A DNA stretch of 64,000 nucleotides from the NCBI GenBank assembly GCA_965637545.1, contig OZ281497.1:1116001-1180000 (forward strand). Reading direction: 5' to 3'. This stretch comes from Phallusia mammillata. Its lineage: Eukaryota. The translations under genes were made by a program, and so were the position numbers. The notes under the pieces were generated by a model, which saw only the letters and a program-made list of their open reading frames with translations, searched no databases and was not told the origin of the DNA. Below are positions 15,201 to 27,200 of the stretch, piece after piece; within the stretch, counting starts at the first letter, position 1, and the number at the start of each line of letters is the position of its first letter.

Positions 15201-18200
15201 TGGAATCCTGGTACAAACTGCTTTGCACCTTCCCTTCCTGCTTGTGATGCAACTGATCTAATCAACTTCAATACCAGTGTGGCCCCAGAAAACAACGAAT
15301 CTATGTTTAGGTTCTCTCTACCTCATTAGTTAACTTGGCAATGCTGACAAGTGCAAGGGTGACTGAACTGACTCTGCTCATCATTGCCAATCAATGTCAT
15401 TACTTCAACAAATGTAGAACATCAAGAACAATTTCCAGGCTGATTGGGTACAAAGTCTTCATAACACTTACCTTGCTGTCTACAGCTCTACACAAACAGA
15501 CTGTCATCAACTTTATATTCTCTATCACATAAATCAAGTAGGGTACAGAATATTATGAGTTTAAGTTGCTGAAGTGAAGGGTTTACACAACCAACAGGCC
15601 GTTGCTTGTCCTGAACTTGCACACAACCAAACCTACTTCCTACCCAAAGCTTGTTTCCAGCTTAGAGTTGAACACTTTGCCTCCAGATAACAGCGAGATG
15701 ACAGGATATGCTAGTATTGCCAGATGAATTGACTCACGCTGGTGACTAACTGAAACACGTGTTGCTTCACAGTAAACATCCATCCATACACAGATTGCTA
15801 AGCAACTCACGAGAAACAGTTCATCTCAGTTTTGCATATTTCACAGCTAAGTACTGTACAGGTTTGCCTACAAGCATAACTATAGCTTGACAATGTGAAC
15901 AGTGCAGTATGTTTACGTGCTTTTGTAGTTAGCCTGCTATACAGGACATTCAGAAATGACTGTGTTCTTTTAAATGCAAACAGTTCAAAGTTACAAAGAC
16001 GTCACACAGGCTGATTGAATGGGTAATAAACTTTCATCTTGTAAGCTTTCAGAAAAAATGTATAAAAGCCAGGATGGAAACAACAGGCGCCATAAAAACT
16101 CTGACTGGAAGCCAATACCCACAAAGTGTATTCACAAGAGATTTACCAAGCATTCGCACAAATTACTAGACTGGATTATTGAGGGAAACTAAATGGTTTT
16201 TTCAATTGCGATTATTATTAACCTTCATGGCATAATCAGGGTTTTTAAACTGGTAGAATCATTTTTTTTTTCTGTTTTAATTTAGTTTCAGCAACAATGT
16301 GTAAATTTTCGCATTTTATTTGGAACGCTGATAAAATCCTTGTAACCATCACCTTATTTGGTTTTCAAAACAGCAATTTGCAAAACACGATAATGCCGAG
16401 CGTTTCACATGGAACGTAAAAACTATTCATAAACCCTGTCCCAGAACAGAACCTACATTCGACCTTTTACAACAAATAGCAACTCCTCACAATCTCGAGA
16501 TAAGATAAAGAAACAAAGCGGAACATGAGCAAACAAACGGAGCGGTGGTGTGAGTGCTTTCCTGGAAGTAGTTAGAGAAATGGCTACAGGGCGCTTCGAG
16601 GAACGGACGCCCAAGGTTCGCCACCGGTGCGACATTCACAAGTACAGCTGCCTTTAAACACAAGTAACTTTGTCTGGTACTGACAGTGTTGGTCCTAAGT
16701 GCAATCCAATATAACTCTTCAAGTTCTACAATATTCTTTTACATCAACACACATGATTGGTATTGTCAGCAACTAAACGGTGTCTTGATTCTTTAAAACA
16801 ACTAATTCTGTACAAACGAATTAACACAGAAAACAGTTACATGTCTGTAAACCTGAATGTAGAACAACTTAACCTCAAATTAACACAGCCTCAAAACCTG
16901 CACAACATTAACATAAACTGGCTCGGGTCTCAACAACCAAATAACTCAGCTTGTCACAACTCGGCGGGGAAACCGAACTGCTTGAAACTGAACAAACCAC
17001 GTTGCTCGGATTCGTGTGTACAGTGCACTATGGAGCCGCCAGAGACGAACCCACAATAGCTGACTCTCCAAATAATCCGGCCCAAAAAGCCTCAAAAACA
17101 CTTGATCGTGGAGCGATACAGACCGGCTGAAACGGCAAGCGGTCCGTCGCGCCGCGAACCTTGCAAAAACAAAACAGGCTGCTCTGTTTCTTATCTTGCT
17201 CCGAACCAGACCGCACGACCTCGTTGCTCGCAGCACATTTGTGACGTCAATTGAAACCTTTCAAACTGGTTGAGGGGGAAAAATGGCGAACGGGGGAAAA
17301 ATGCGGCCGTGAAAATTTGCGCCGCGAAGTGAAGTGATAAAATGTTGTGTTTGTGGAAAACTGGAAATAGGTTGAAAGACAAACCCGGTACACTGGCTCT
17401 AACACCACTTTTACTGGGAACAAACTAGTCATTTAAGGTGAATAAAACTTCCACCAAACAACCGAAAGAACCTCACTTCAAAACAAGTTATGCCAACAAG
17501 TTTGTTGAAAGATGTTTTAAGACCAGATTACTTCATCTGCAACAAAGGCACAATCAGTAAAAATGGGTTGGGCATTTTTTAACCACCTGTGGCTTCGTCA
17601 CGTTGACCATGTGTGTTTTTTGGTGCCCGCTTTCAAGTAAGTCAGTTTATCGTGATTTCGTTAATCAATAAAATTGGTGCAAAATACACATTGTTAGTTG
17701 ACTCACGTAGCAACATGAGTTTGCTTAAACATTTACAAAATATCTTTAGCTTGGTTGTACTATTTACCATGCCTACGTTAAGTTTCCTAATTCACTAAGA
17801 AGCAGCCGACGAGCATAAAAGGTAAGCGCATTTCCCCACACAGCTGTCGGGCAAACTATGGGAAAACCACAACGACATAAAACGCAAGTTTCCCAGTAAT
17901 CTGGAGCAGATATGATCTCGCTTATCCCGAGGCGTTTGAACGCTCAGCAATAAGCAACAAGTAACAACTTTGCCAGTGCTGCTGTCGGCTCGGTTAATGT
18001 TCAATCTCTGCATGGGAGTCGTGCCTCGGTTCGGCTTTGACCTTGTTGAACTTGGTTAGCACGATTTTGTAAATCAGTGAAATTGGTGCAAACATATCGT
18101 CCAAAACCACATTATTTATTCACCCATGTAGCCATATGAATTTGGTTAAACATTTACAAGCATTTTAAACAGCGAATGCAACAAGGTTGATCACCAAATC

Positions 18201-21200
18201 ACAGTACTTAACTGGTGAAATAAAACTGCCCTTTCAAAGGTCGATTTCTTGTAACCTTGGCAAGTGTTTTCACAGAGACACAGTCAAGATTTAGTTTGTT
18301 CAGTAATCCTGTGCCCAAACCTAGTTGAAAATGCCGATGCGAATATACTGACAACTTGCCAGAAGTCGCTTTGCGTCCACGAATATTAGGCAATTGTTTT
18401 CACACAATTCGCAGCCACGATTTAGTTGGTTTGGCAATTCTGTGGTCAAAATCGGTTCAGTAGCCTGTCAATTTATGTCACAACCGTACCAGCGGGCCAC
18501 CGATGCAAACATACCGATCAGCTAGATTAAACCACAAAGCGTTTACCAATATTTGCAAGGCAACATCAACGTAAGCCGCACACATATATTTGTGGGGTAA
18601 AGGGAGGAGTGGATTTTGTGCAAGGGTCATTGAGATCCACTTCAGCAGAACAGAGGGTAGCGAAGTGCAGAGTAGATTAAAAGGCCGTTCCCCTCCATGT
18701 AGGTGCGGTGACAACCCGCCAACTGCTACTGATTATCACACAATGCAGGTGCCCAGGCCGGTACATGAACTCAAACGATGCTAGATTCGGTCAATGCGGT
18801 TTATGTTAAACGTTCGAAGACTAAAGATTGACTAATACAGAAATTGCCCTCATCCACGCATGGACAACAAACGATTTTAGTCACATATATAAACATATCT
18901 CAACTGACAATTTCAGCACACACAAATCCGTCTGTGAATCGATATCAACAGTGCTTTGTGATAAGAAGTACACAGACCGATTTGAGTATGATGAAATTGT
19001 CAGCTAAGATGTGTTTAAAGACTATTCACAAGTAGGTGGTAGATGTACATGAAATATTTATCTACTATCAACAAGTCATACAATTGAAAAAACAGAAAAA
19101 AGAACAACTTGCTCGACATTTAGTGTCTGGATCGCCACAACTGTTCCTTCCTATTTATCATTTTCCAGCAAAACCTGTCAGTTCTTGTCCATAAGGTATC
19201 ACTGGTGTCGAAAATGAAAGCGTTAATAATTTTTTTTTCACTGCAACACAAATCTACCACCCTACATCCAGCGCAACCGAATCACCACAAACATCTACAA
19301 CTAAACAGTTGACCTTCTTACCTCAAGGAAACTTGCCAAACGCGCAACAAGAGCTCGGGTAATTCGTTGCTGGCTCACTACGCCACTGCCCTGTGTCTGA
19401 CAAACATTGTCTTCCTTCCTCCGCATCGAGCAACGTGCTATTCATGTTTGTTGCCAAGCCACGTAGCTTCACAAGCTCCAACAACGCACGAAAAACCCCG
19501 CGGAAAAAACCGTAGATAACCGCCGACCAGCATGTGAAGCTCACTAACTCATGCAAACAATCATAAGGTCAGCAACCTGCACCGCACAGTGAAACGGGAA
19601 CTAGTACTTCATCGCTCATCAATTTATATCACCGCTCTTATATGAGGACGCCTTATTTGGTGTGGTACGTGTGAGCCTTTATATGTAAATAGCCGTCTTC
19701 TACATTCGTTTCCATAGATATTGGGATGATTATTGCAATATTGCGCAGTTGTAACACATCTAAAAGTCCAAATCAATTCAGTGGGGTTAGAAGTCATATT
19801 TAGTTTTACTTGTTTACGGCCTGGGGTTTTACACAACTATAACCTGATGAATGATTGGTCTGTGTCCGAAACGGGGTTTTACAGATATAACTCTGGGAGT
19901 TAACTGCGCATAGCCGGTCTAAATTGCTGTGTTTAACCTTTGATGAGACACTGTTACGGCATACAAGAACGATTACTGACAGAAAACTAAAAAATCACTT
20001 GATTCTGACTGCCAAACTTCTGATGCTGATTCAGGCCCTAAATACTTAGTAGAGAATTTGTGTTCCGGCGGAAATCGACACATCTAGCTCAGACATATCA
20101 GTTGTCCTCTTCTCCACTGTGTAGTTGCGACTTGCGAGCCTCGCTATCTGTGCTTCATAGGTATTAGGTAAACACTCCACAACAGTTGTGCCGCGGTTTG
20201 CTGGCAGACATCAGGCAAACAGGCACGCAGTGTGAGATCCGGCATGATTCATCACTGGTCGCATTTTGTCATCGTCACCACATGAAGTAAGCAAGCCCGC
20301 TATATTAGGGACATCCGTTTATGCTGTTAGTCGGTCAATACATTGCATGGATAAGGGGGAGTTTGTGACGAAACTGTCTGCTTCATTCAATGCTGAACTT
20401 ACTCTGGTTTGGAACGCGAAAAATAGGGGCTTTTCTTTGCATGTGAATGTCAGATGACTGGTTAACTAAACTGTTCGTGGCAAAACGCTGCAGTTATTTT
20501 TACATCGCTTCATGTAACCGGGTTTATTACTTTAGTGTGATCAGTTGCGATTCTACAGACTCTACCAGCTACATTAAAGTCACAAATGATTGTGTTTTCT
20601 AATTATGCCTGTTTGATACCTGGGGAGCAAACAAACTTTGCTACTAAAACTGCAAGTGGCCCTGTTATTCAAATTAATATGTAACTTTTTTCGGTTCTGA
20701 TTAAGTTGACATGTAATATCTGCATCAACACAAGTCCGCGAAATCCAAAATTCTAAAAATAACTTTGACACAGAAACCTGAAAATAGCCTAAACTTAACA
20801 ACAGCAGACATGGAAACTTGCTACGCTTGCCACTGCAAGCCATACAGTTCGAGTCGCATTTCTCAACGGTGCGATAAATGTGTTGTGTTCCACGAAGCTC
20901 GAGTAATTTTAAACCGTTTGACGCTGCGCAGTCTCTGCGGTCAGCCACCACTGCTGAGCTGTGAACGGAATGCTGTGGCAGATATGCTCCTGCTCCTGTG
21001 GTTGCGGTACTGAACGCTGCTGCTGCACGTTCCAAGCGAAATGTCACTGCTCATTATGTGTGCGCGATGGCAATGTAAAAGATTAAACAGCATGGGTGGC
21101 TGAACATACAAAAGCATCATACCATGTACAAACACACAACAACACATATATATCAAATACAAACCTGTACCTACACACAAACAAAGTCACGTAGCAGACA

Positions 21201-24200
21201 CAAACACTTGTACAGCAGAAGACAAACAAAGCAGAAACAGCACGTCGTTCGCCTCTAGCAACAAGCTGGAACATTACGTGGAAAGACGGGACCTTGCGGT
21301 CGGCTGTAATGTACGCGTGTGTGTGTCTGTGCGTGTGTGTGGGTGTGTGGGTGTGTGGGTGTGTGTGTTGCACGCTCATGACCTTTGGTACGGGTTGTTC
21401 CAGCAAACTGTGTAGCAACATCGAGATTACTGGAACACGACATAAACGCCACCTGATATTGATTATTAACAGAACAACCATAGCTCGCCTCGATTTGGTA
21501 TAAGGGACACGAACCACATTTTGCCATTATGTTTTGCACAAAGTTAGAATACTGGGCTGTTGATTGATTTATCAATATTTGAAACGCTAAGTAATCACAA
21601 CGGGTATTTTTTACAACACAGGAATGTTATCATTCTCAAACAAGTTTCGGGGGTTGCCCAACACAGAAACTGGTTTTATAGCACACCAACACGCCACGGC
21701 AACAAATGTCTGCAAAATCCAACACACGCCGATGAAGGTCGACTCGTTTCCCGCACAACGCGACAAACGTGTCACGGGCATGGCGAAGCAAAAACACTTC
21801 ACATTTGAGAGAGAGAAGCCGCGTAAACCCGTTGATTATTTCGGAAACCTTTCATTTTTCACTTTGCTGGGATCATTTTAAAACACATTTCTCCTGTAAC
21901 AAGCACTCAGCAGAATCACTTTCAAACTGCCTGGAGGCTGCTGGAACAGACGGCGTTCTCCAACCTGCCACAGCAAGAAATTCCCTCCCACAGAGCAAAA
22001 TACAAAGTGGAAACTGCTTTGTTAAACGTCGCTGTAGCACACTGAACGGTAACTAACACCAACAAATAACTTTTGACATCAACATCCATTAGCCCAGGCG
22101 CTGGTCTGAGGGTAAAAATGCTGGTTACCTTATAACTGATCTAAATTCACTAATACTACGTAGTTTGCACAAACTTGATCATCACTAAACCTACCCTGTA
22201 CAGATAGCAACAATATAATTAAGCAGTGTTTCTGTCGCAAAATCACTCAAAAACATTAAACTGTTCCCAAAAGAGACGTTGCTTTTCCTAAAATACTTCC
22301 TTTTTCTAAATATGGAAGCGCATTTTCTGTCAGACTTAACTATACTGTGTGACTAAATAACGAAAGTACGACCTATAGTCTCCTTGTCAAATTCAACCGT
22401 TTTCTAATACAGGTGTAGCTGTACGGTGCAGTCAAAATTCTATTGTTAACCGACATTGCTGTGTAAAGCAAACTGCAGTCGTGCATCTGTGTTAAGGAAA
22501 TTCGCTCAGTTTAATTAATCACCGAACGTTCACACGGAAATCATGACACCGTAAGTCGTGATTTTAAGACGTGATACTTTTGAAATGTTGTAATTGTGAC
22601 GCCCCTCCCTTCCAAGCCTGCAAGCAAATCTGCGAGAAAATTTGCGTTGTAACGGTTCTCACTACTATTCATGCTGTACGGGAAATTTCCAAGTCCAGAA
22701 AGTAACCAATCCAGCTGCACTGATATCCTTTCCACTGAGAACAAATAGTAACCACTATATTTGTGGAACAAACTCATTACGAACTGCACTTAGTGTATTT
22801 TGCCAAGTGCTTGAACGAAACCTCACTTTCTTGTGAGCCCTGGTCACCTAACGCCCTTTCAAACAGCCATCATCCACCATTTGTGCCCTTCACTGTTTTG
22901 CGCTCCATAACATTTATCGTTGCGCAGCTATTTCCGGCTTGGTGATTGTTTTAGTGCTATTGTGTTGCTGTTCACCGAGCGAAATAAACTCATCTCAAAC
23001 GAAAACAAAAATTCGAACTGAAATTGCACGCAATCAGCAACAGCTTTCGTTCCTACAGTCAGCTATTGACTTTATACATAAGATAAAACTTCAGCAACTG
23101 AATCTTAGACATCCACCCTCCACACAAGTCGTTGAAATACCCGACTACCCGATCGATCTCTCCCACCCACTCAATCCCACTCTGCCGTCTCCTCCTTTCT
23201 ATTTTGAGCTCATCCTTATTATGAGCACATAATGGCATCTGTCCGCGTCACACAAGAGTGATTATGTGGTGGCAGAAACGCGTCAGCACAAAATAGAGGG
23301 ATCAAATTGCAAGGAGGTGCAGCGTGACGGCGGGCTCTATGGTCCAGTGAACATGTGAATGTTGTGGAATTAGAGTGGGGGCGAGGTACGGGGTTAATGC
23401 GGGTCATGGCGTCTAAGCTGGTGTGTTCGCGAAACGTCGGTTGGTTCAGTTTTTGTTTGTGGAGCTTACAGCGCACAACTTTTTTTTAACATTTTGCAGA
23501 TTTTCCAGCTTGGTGCTATATTTTCTTTTACCAAGACATAAACTGAACTTAACAACACGAATTTAATGATACAAATAGGTTTGGTAAGGTTGTATCCAGC
23601 TCTAGTGTGAAAGCGTTCTGTCTTAATGCTCTTAGAGTGGACGAAACGAACACCATTATGGCATGAAGTACCGTATTTGTTAAGTAGATTATCAAGCGTA
23701 AAACCGAGTCAAGCTTGTTGAACGCGAAAGTATTTTTCAAGAAGTAATTTGGACATGTAGAGTCACGCAAACAAATGGTATATTATTATAACGCTTAAAG
23801 AAATGATTTAGCGTCTTTTAAACGACATGCCCTTTTATCATTAGGACATTTCACATTTTAGCGTTGAAAACTCATGTACGAGTTGGTTCTCTAATAAAAC
23901 TTAACTGAATACGAAAGTGATAATCCATTATATCTGCTACACTTCTTTGTTACATGTCTGTAAGGTCGCATAAACAAGTGTATACATGCAGAAAATACGG
24001 GGGATTTAGGTTTACAAGGTTTACACATATGTTGTAAGCACTACAGCATACACAGGAGAAAACAGCTGCACCAGCAAATACATAATGTCAGCAAGAAGCT
24101 CAACAACATATTTACAAGGGGTCAAATTTGTAACTAGCGCTGCTGCTACAGGCCATAAACAGTGTTTTACCAAATGCGCTTTTTTGCACATAAGTAGCAT

Positions 24201-27200
24201 TGTGGTGTAACAATATACTACAGATTGAATCCGGTAGCAAAAAGTTTGATTAAACGCCAAAAACCAACAAACCAATATCAGTCAAAACTGTGAGAGGCAC
24301 AAATATATACCTGATTAAAAACAACTTTTTCAACCATTTAGTCCGAATGTTTTTACAGTGGAAATCAAGCAACCATATTTTTCATGATTCTCTACAACAA
24401 AAAAAGCTTCTTGCAGCGGTCACATCCTGTCCAATATTGTGCAAAGCAGATTATCAGCTGTTCAACAAACAACAGTACATCCATTGTGAATCACAACGAC
24501 GTAGTAAACCCGTCTATAATGAGTCATAATAATCAATGTCGCTTCTTTACATCCGCTTGGTCAAACCGTGATTGTTGGGACAATGGCTAATGTGTCGTTT
24601 CACACGTGGTCTGTGACGTCATAGTGACGTTTATTTGCTGCAACTGCAATAAACTGTTTGCAGTTTTATTGGAAGCAAAAACAACTAGTACATCTGATTT
24701 TACAGACAAAAGGCGTCAAAGGAAAAATACAAGATCACAAAACTTTCAAGCGTTGGAAAGGTGGACAAAGGCACCCGGTAAAAATTGCTTTCAACTGCTT
24801 ACAACAAGCATAAAAACAAATCTCCTTATTCTCCATGAACCAAAGCAAGATAACCTAGTGATCTACCAATACGCCTCTTATTACAAACCAACATAGCATA
24901 AAGCGAAAACGCTGCGATGGAACGTGTATTGCACTGTTGCAATTTAAAACTTGCCACCTAAACCCTGCCCTGAAGCGAAACACAAGCACGTCCACACAAC
25001 TCACAATACACACACACGCTGTGCTTGATCAATGTCGTCCAATACGGCATCCCCATGGGATTATACATAGCAGGAATGAAATGGCAGATTTGCATTAGCG
25101 GGAGAGCCTGTCTCGTAAAAAGGTCATGACGAACCGATCTAGCAGGGCAGCACCAGCCAAAATCCAATTTAGGAGGATTAAACTCGAAGCGGGGTGCCTT
25201 GTGACGTCATGAGCCGACGGTTTGGTCACGTGACAACACCGTGCATTATTAATGAGCATCGAGGCGTCGGTATGGAGGGCCAGAAGTGGGGGGGGGCATG
25301 TTTTGTGCGTTTGTGACAAAACAACAGTGACGGTTCGTTTAACAAAATCTTAACTTTTTTGTTGCACTTGTCCAAGTATTTTGTTTGCAAACACAAATGA
25401 CAAAAAATAAAAAAAGGAACAATGTCATCGGACATGAAATGCAACGTCCAAACAGTGGTGGAATTCAAATTTTTTTGACAGCCGGTTCTATCACAAAAGT
25501 CATATTTTTCAGCCGGTTCTGTTACAAAACGTCCATTGACTGTAACCAGTAATGCTTACCGGTCGCTGATCTCATAAAATTTCGTGAGACGGTTCTATAG
25601 AAAAAAAATGTTCACTAGTTTCATTCAAATATTCTTTTTACATCTGTGCCACTAACCTTTGCATAACTCGGCCGACAAATTAATTATTCAGTCACAATCA
25701 AGTCAATTTCCAATCCATTCTCTGCCCTTGCCCTGTCACTTTATGACGTAAACAAACCAACTTATTACCTCACAAGCGGAGAGAGGTGGACGCAAGCGAT
25801 TGTTGAGATTGTGTTACGCGCGCGTTTTGTGGGGGGAGAGGGCAGGACGAGATCGAATTCGCGATCAGCCCGAGGGCACGAAACGAACAATCGATTATAT
25901 CGGTCGCGATTAGCTTCGTGGAAATGGCGTAAACGTCATGTCACGTGGTTTTGTGGGGAGGAGAGGTCGAAATGAAATGTCGAGTGCATTCGAGATGCTG
26001 GTGGTTGAAAAGCGCAGTTGCATTTTCACACATACACGCTGGTTCTCAACGTGGCGGCTTTGATTTATTGATTGGTCAGTATTTACATTGCTACAATGCT
26101 ACTCAATATGTACTGGAACTAGCTACATATGTGATGAGAATGCGCAAGCAGTAATGAATATGACAGTAGTCTGTAAACGAATACATTCAGCACTTGAGTA
26201 ACTAGAAAGTGAAAAAGCCATACTGAAACTTGCTGAAAACGATTTTACATACAACTTAGTCGAATATTTCAAGAAATTGTTCCACATTTCAACTTTAAAT
26301 CTAAAAATTTAAACCAAAAACGAATCACAATTGTTGCTTGTCTAATTTACTTGTTGTTCTGCTTGATATGCAAAATATAACAACAAATAGTATCAGCTTA
26401 AAGTGGTCCCAAGTAAGACATCTATCTTCACAGAGAGTGTGACAAATTGTTAAGTGAAGACCAACGATGTCTTATCATCAACAAATACCAGCAAACACAT
26501 TTCATTGGAAGCACAAGGCGATAATTTACTTCACAACTAGTACTGTGACCCGCGTTGAGTTCACATACGTGATAAAACGTAACAATCTAAAGTGAAAGAA
26601 AGCCTGAAACGGCCTGTTGCACACACTGACAACCAGCGGTCATAATAACAATTTTGCCAGGGAGGGAGTTATTTCAACCGGCAAAACAACTCAAGCGAAA
26701 TTAACTGCTCCAAATCTCTTGTGGATGTTCAAGTATAACAATGCTGAGAATGAAAGTTTATGTGTGAAAGAATCAAACAAACAGTCAGCATGGCAAAAAA
26801 CGAACAGTATTAAACGGTAAGAGACATCTTCTAAGACCGAATCAGAACCTGTCAAACAAGGCACGAATAAATATCCGACAGTTTCACGTGTCTATTGCAG
26901 CTGTGGACAGCAACCAGTATCAACCACGTGTTCAGCAGAAACGCATACAACTCCATACCGCCTCCAGTGTTGAGTGGTCGCGGTGGAAATAATCGGTTTA
27001 CACGAAATTTTCTGTCACGTTCGCGGAATTAATTTCACCTCAAGTACAACGGCTTGTTGTTATGTCAATAATTGGAGATGGAAATAAACCAAGCAAGTTG
27101 ACTGCCTCGTGTTTGTGGAAGTAGACGATAAAGAGATGAGTTTGAGTGAATTATGGTTTTAAGAAGATGTTGCAACTAAATAAACTAATAACTTATTATA

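Noticed and set aside
19835-19880. CTGATGA...GAAACG hammerhead-like string
   Set aside because: No U-H cleavage triplet and no helix I. At best a heavily decayed relic.
20580-21047. 155-aa minus-strand ORF (and the 144-aa ORF at 21083-21517)
   Set aside because: No recognisable domain, non-ATG or low-complexity starts, and overlap with GT/CA repeats. No supporting splice structure.
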